DNA of 38,114 nt from Patellaria atrata CBS 101060 (lineage: Eukaryota). Position 1 is the stretch's first letter. Each line of letters begins with the position of its first letter. The position numbers and the translations under genes are program-made. The notes under the pieces are model-generated. The model searched no databases. It worked only from the letters and a program-made list of their open reading frames with translations, and was not told where the DNA came from. This document shows, one piece after another, positions 35,190 to 38,114 of the stretch. The stretch is from contig MU006117.1 in NCBI GenBank assembly GCA_010093705.1, positions 201,707 through 239,820 on the forward strand. Reading direction: 5' to 3'.

Positions 35190-35253
35190 ACCACCGAGTG
35201 TCGCACACCACCGAGTGTCGCACACCACCGAGTGTCGCACACCACCGAGTGTC
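35190..35253. repeat. 17-bp tandem repeat ACCACCGAGTGTCGCAC (3 full + 1 partial) inside the left Fot1 TIR
   Basis: Units start at 35190, 35207, 35224 and 35241. The opposite TIR has only 1 full + 1 partial unit. Confidence 0.92.
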
Positions 35254-35297
35254 ACAGAATTTCTTGGCACGAACAACTTATTGTAGAGAACATTAAA

Positions 35298-36983
35298 TTA
35301 ATCGCTATCAAATAGAGAACCTGCGTAACCTATACTCGTATCGGATTTAGAAGTCTCTTCTGAATCCTTTTTACATGTTCGAGCGTTATATCCAGTCCCT
35401 TCGCAGTTCCCACAGCGCCGTATAGCTGGTTAGGCTGTTTCATGACCATCACCACCTCGAGCCTTCTTTGATCGCTGAGACGCCGCAGACGCCTCAGTAG
35501 CTACCTTCGCTGACGCCTCACTATACTCTATTGTACCGCCGTGCTGAATCCGCTTCCGTTTGCGCGTTTTCCTCTTAGTTATTACTGCCAATTGCTCTTC
35601 AAGCTCAGCAGTGCGGGCGCCCATAAGCGCGCTCCCATGCATCATCAATTAAGCTCCTTTTACGAGCTGTACAAGCCCAGACTGAGCTGTAGTAGGCGAT
35701 CTAGTAATAGAATCCCGTACGAGCTTTGATTGCGATCCAAATTCAAGCGTGTTACTTGGAGTCTTTGATTGCCACGGCGTCTGTAGTGGTAGGGGTTCTG
35801 ATGGGGTGCGTAGGCGTACTTCAAGGCGATTTAGCACTACCTGCGCGTTGATAGGGATAAGGCCTGATGCCTCAAAGGCTTTGCGATAGTTCTCCTCTGT
35901 AAATACGTCAAAAAACGCGTCCTTAAAGGCTGGTAGGAAGCCCTCTTTGTTGATATGGAAGACGCGCCGGCGTGCCAAGTCTCGAACGCGCTGGGAGTAC
36001 TTGCGCTTTAATGGCGAAAAGCAGACTACGTCAAGTGGTTGGAGTATATGCGATGAGTGAAGAGGTATACAGAGCGTTAAGATCTTGTTCTCTAGGCAGT
36101 AATCCTTGAAATCCTGGTTGAGGTGGCTCTCATGGCCGTCGAGGATAAGCAGCCGGTATACCCCTACCGTACGCGCCTTTGTATACGCGTCAAAGTGCTT
36201 CAACCACTCAAGACCAAGCGCGTTATTTGTCCAGTCGTTCTCAGAGACTGAGATCTTCCAGTTGCGCGGTATATCTGTCTCCTCGTACCATGCAGAGATG
36301 TGGACGCGGCCTTTGTAGATGATGAAGGGTGGGATCGCGTACCCTGCAGCGCAGATGCTCTAGATGACTGTAACCCACTCCCGATCGCCTGGCTAGATAA
36401 GATTAGGCCTCGTACGCCTCTCTACGCCTGTAACAACTTTAATTAACCCAATTACACCCATCTGGAAGCCAGTCTCGTCGAAATTGTGGACGTCGTCGTC
36501 ATAGACGCCGTACTTGACTTTTGTCTCCCCAACGAGCTCAAACCACGCGCCAATTGTCTTAGGATCTTCTTGGAGTATTCTTTGACGATCCTTTACTCGA
36601 TTGAAGGCCATCTTTAGCTCATCTGAACGCGTTACAAATCTTTCAGGCCAGTTCTTACCTGCTCGCTCCCCACCCCGCGCGTCCAATAGTTTATCTGCCA
36701 TATCTGCTACCTCACACAGCCGGGGCGCAAATCCTCGCAAATCGAGGTCAAGAATATATCGGACGATCGTTTGCTCTTCGGTCGCGGTGAGCTTCTGGCA
36801 ATTAGGCTGGCAATTGGCTCGGGCGAGGGTTTGGTTGTATCTTCGCTGAAGCTTTCGTGGGCACGCGTTATACGCGGCGGCGGCGCGTCGTAGGCTTCGA
36901 AATTGGCCTTCCTTATAGGCTTGAAGTGCAAGCTCTATTCGGCCTTCTTGTTGAGCTTTATTATCTTGTTGTTATTGAGACAT
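35298..36983 (-). pseudogene. Fot1-like DD35D transposase, 562 codons, frame intact, five premature stops
   Basis: HTH-psq (EGRIELALQAY...SLRRAAAAY), CENP-B HTH (LTATEEQTIVRYILDLD...GKNWPERF), catalytic NFDETGF / LILDGHESH-x-QPLD with 35 residues between the last two Asp, C-terminal knuckle CGNCEGTGYNARTC (H>Y). Stops at 36974, 36395, 36362, 35651 and 35432, mostly consistent with CAR>TAR RIP. Confidence 0.92.
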
Positions 36984-37244
36984 TTCGTGTTGTAGTAGAG
37001 GTAATAGCTGCCAAGAAATTCTACGACACTCGGTGGTGTGCGACACTCGGTGATGCTTTACGTTAACACCTATTACACCATTTTTTTTAAAAAAAAAAAA
37101 ATCTACAACTATAATATAGATCTGGATTTCCTGGATTTTTTGAGGATCGAATCTAAATCTAATCTACGACTAGTCGAATCCAAATCTACGTTAAATCGCG
37201 TTGAAAATCTAGTCTAGATCCACCTGAATCCAATCCACGGCTAT

Positions 37245-37442
37245 TGTGACGGCGTAGCGGTTGTAGAGAATCGAATTGGATTGCAACTAGTATAACCTAA
37301 CTACAGTGTAAAGAGATTAAGTTAAGGAAAGAAGAAGTTATAGTCGCGCGATCTACTAGTATCAAGCACGTAGCGGTAGAACCTCGGCGCGACTACTACT
37401 AATAAGGGAAAGTAGGAAATGATAATCTGTGACATCGTCACA
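37245..37442 (-). repeat. 198-bp LTR of the gypsy element
   Basis: Bounded by the 7-bp inverted termini TGTGACG...CGTCACA (TG..CA) and adjacent to the PPT. Confidence 0.85.
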
Positions 37443-38114
37443 CTACCCCCCCCCCTAAAAGTAGAAATCGCCAACTGGTTGCGGATTTCTACGGTAACGT
37501 TCGCCTTATCTATACTCACTTTCGACGCCTTTGAATCTGAGCTGGACCTTTCTTCTCGGCTTTGTCGTCGTCTAGATGTGGTTCCAGTTCGTGGTTGTCG
37601 GCCCGATAGGCTTTAAGCTATACGTTCAATCGGATCGGAGGCCCAGCGTCTAATAGTCTCTCGTCGTGAAACTCCTCTATCTTGTGCGGGGCTCCGATGA
37701 AATTTGAGGCTGGATACCACGTATCGTCGGGGTCATAACCTACCCAGCTTACTTTATATTGTAGTTGACCCCGTACGATGCGGCTAGCTAACACCTTATC
37801 GACTTCGTACTCCGGTTCCCCGTCAATCTCGACTGGTGAGGGTGGTTCTAGCTGCTAGCCTAGAAGTGGATCCATAGCAGCCTTTCTCAGCCTATCCGCG
37901 TGGAACACGTTCGACATCTTCATATTGGGTGGTAGGTCTACTATATAGGAGTACCCCTTCATACCGGTAATCTTATACGGTCCGGCGTTTTGGTAGTCTA
38001 GTTTAACGCTTGGTCTATCCGAAGTCCAGCCCTTCCGAGTGATAAAGACGTAGTCGCCCGGCCCGAAGTCCGGCTCTCGACGGTGCTTGTTAGCTGCTTT
38101 GGCTTGCGTTGCTT
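37245..38114 (-). mobile_element. 3' end of a Ty3/gypsy chromovirus LTR retrotransposon (integrase C-terminus, chromodomain, PPT, 3' LTR); continues beyond the window
   Basis: Minus-strand translation ANKHRREPDFGPGDYVFI...KLDYQNAGPYKI...YIVDLPPNMKMSNVFHADRL (GPY/F module), then chromodomain EYEVDKVLASRIVRGQLQYKVSWVGYDPDDTWYPASNF, with RIP-type TAG stops. G-rich polypurine tract at 37456-37443 abuts the LTR. Confidence 0.93.

Larger units (their letters stand above)
35181..37063 (-). mobile_element. Fot1/pogo-family (Tc1-mariner) transposon, 1883 bp, nested in the hAT element
   Basis: Terminal inverted repeats ACGTAAAGCA(C/T)CACCGAGTGTCGCAC...AGAATTTCTTGGCA, flanked by TA on both sides (35179-35180 and 37064-37065). 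Confidence 0.95.
31692..37244 (-). mobile_element. hAT-superfamily DNA transposon (Restless/Tfo1-like), RIP-degraded; ~3.7 kb excluding the nested Fot1 element
   Basis: Left end CAGTGATGGTCGTGGATTGGAT (31692) versus right end ATCCAATCCACGGCTAT (to 37244), which differ only by transitions. Many subterminal TGGAT/ATCCA pentamers at both ends. Internal hAT transposase remnant. Confidence 0.85.

Noticed and set aside
35190..35253. Short direct-repeat array superficially like CRISPR
   Set aside because: Eukaryotic context, no spacers, and it is part of the Fot1 TIR.

Overview
Eukaryotic DNA from a filamentous ascomycete (Pezizomycotina), judged from short GT-AG introns with CTAAY branch sites, a dispersed 5S gene and RIP-type C>T/G>A damage in repeats. 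Three intact conserved genes: an NPR/HAL-family Ser/Thr kinase (-), the response regulator SSK1 (-) and a ~1467-aa She10-like ('HoxA13'-annotated) membrane/ER protein (+). The kinase has a ~8.7 kb upstream region with no recognisable gene and a dense cluster of PacC-type GCCARG sites. Between the divergent SSK1 and She10-like genes lies a ~10 kb accessory interval with a multiply disabled F-box-like/ankyrin gene, a frameshifted FucP-type MFS sugar transporter, a possible gene relic and an apparently intact 83-aa Cys-rich zinc-ribbon gene. The right end holds a divergent 5S rRNA gene not shown by the ORF track, then a three-element transposon nest: a RIP-decayed hAT element carrying a Fot1/pogo element, with a Ty3/gypsy chromovirus inserted into its terminal inverted repeat. 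I see no clearly new multi-gene system. The best leads are the PacC-site cluster, the accessory island with its small zinc-ribbon gene, the repeat/RDEL protein and the 5S isotype. All calls were made by eye, with no database searches.
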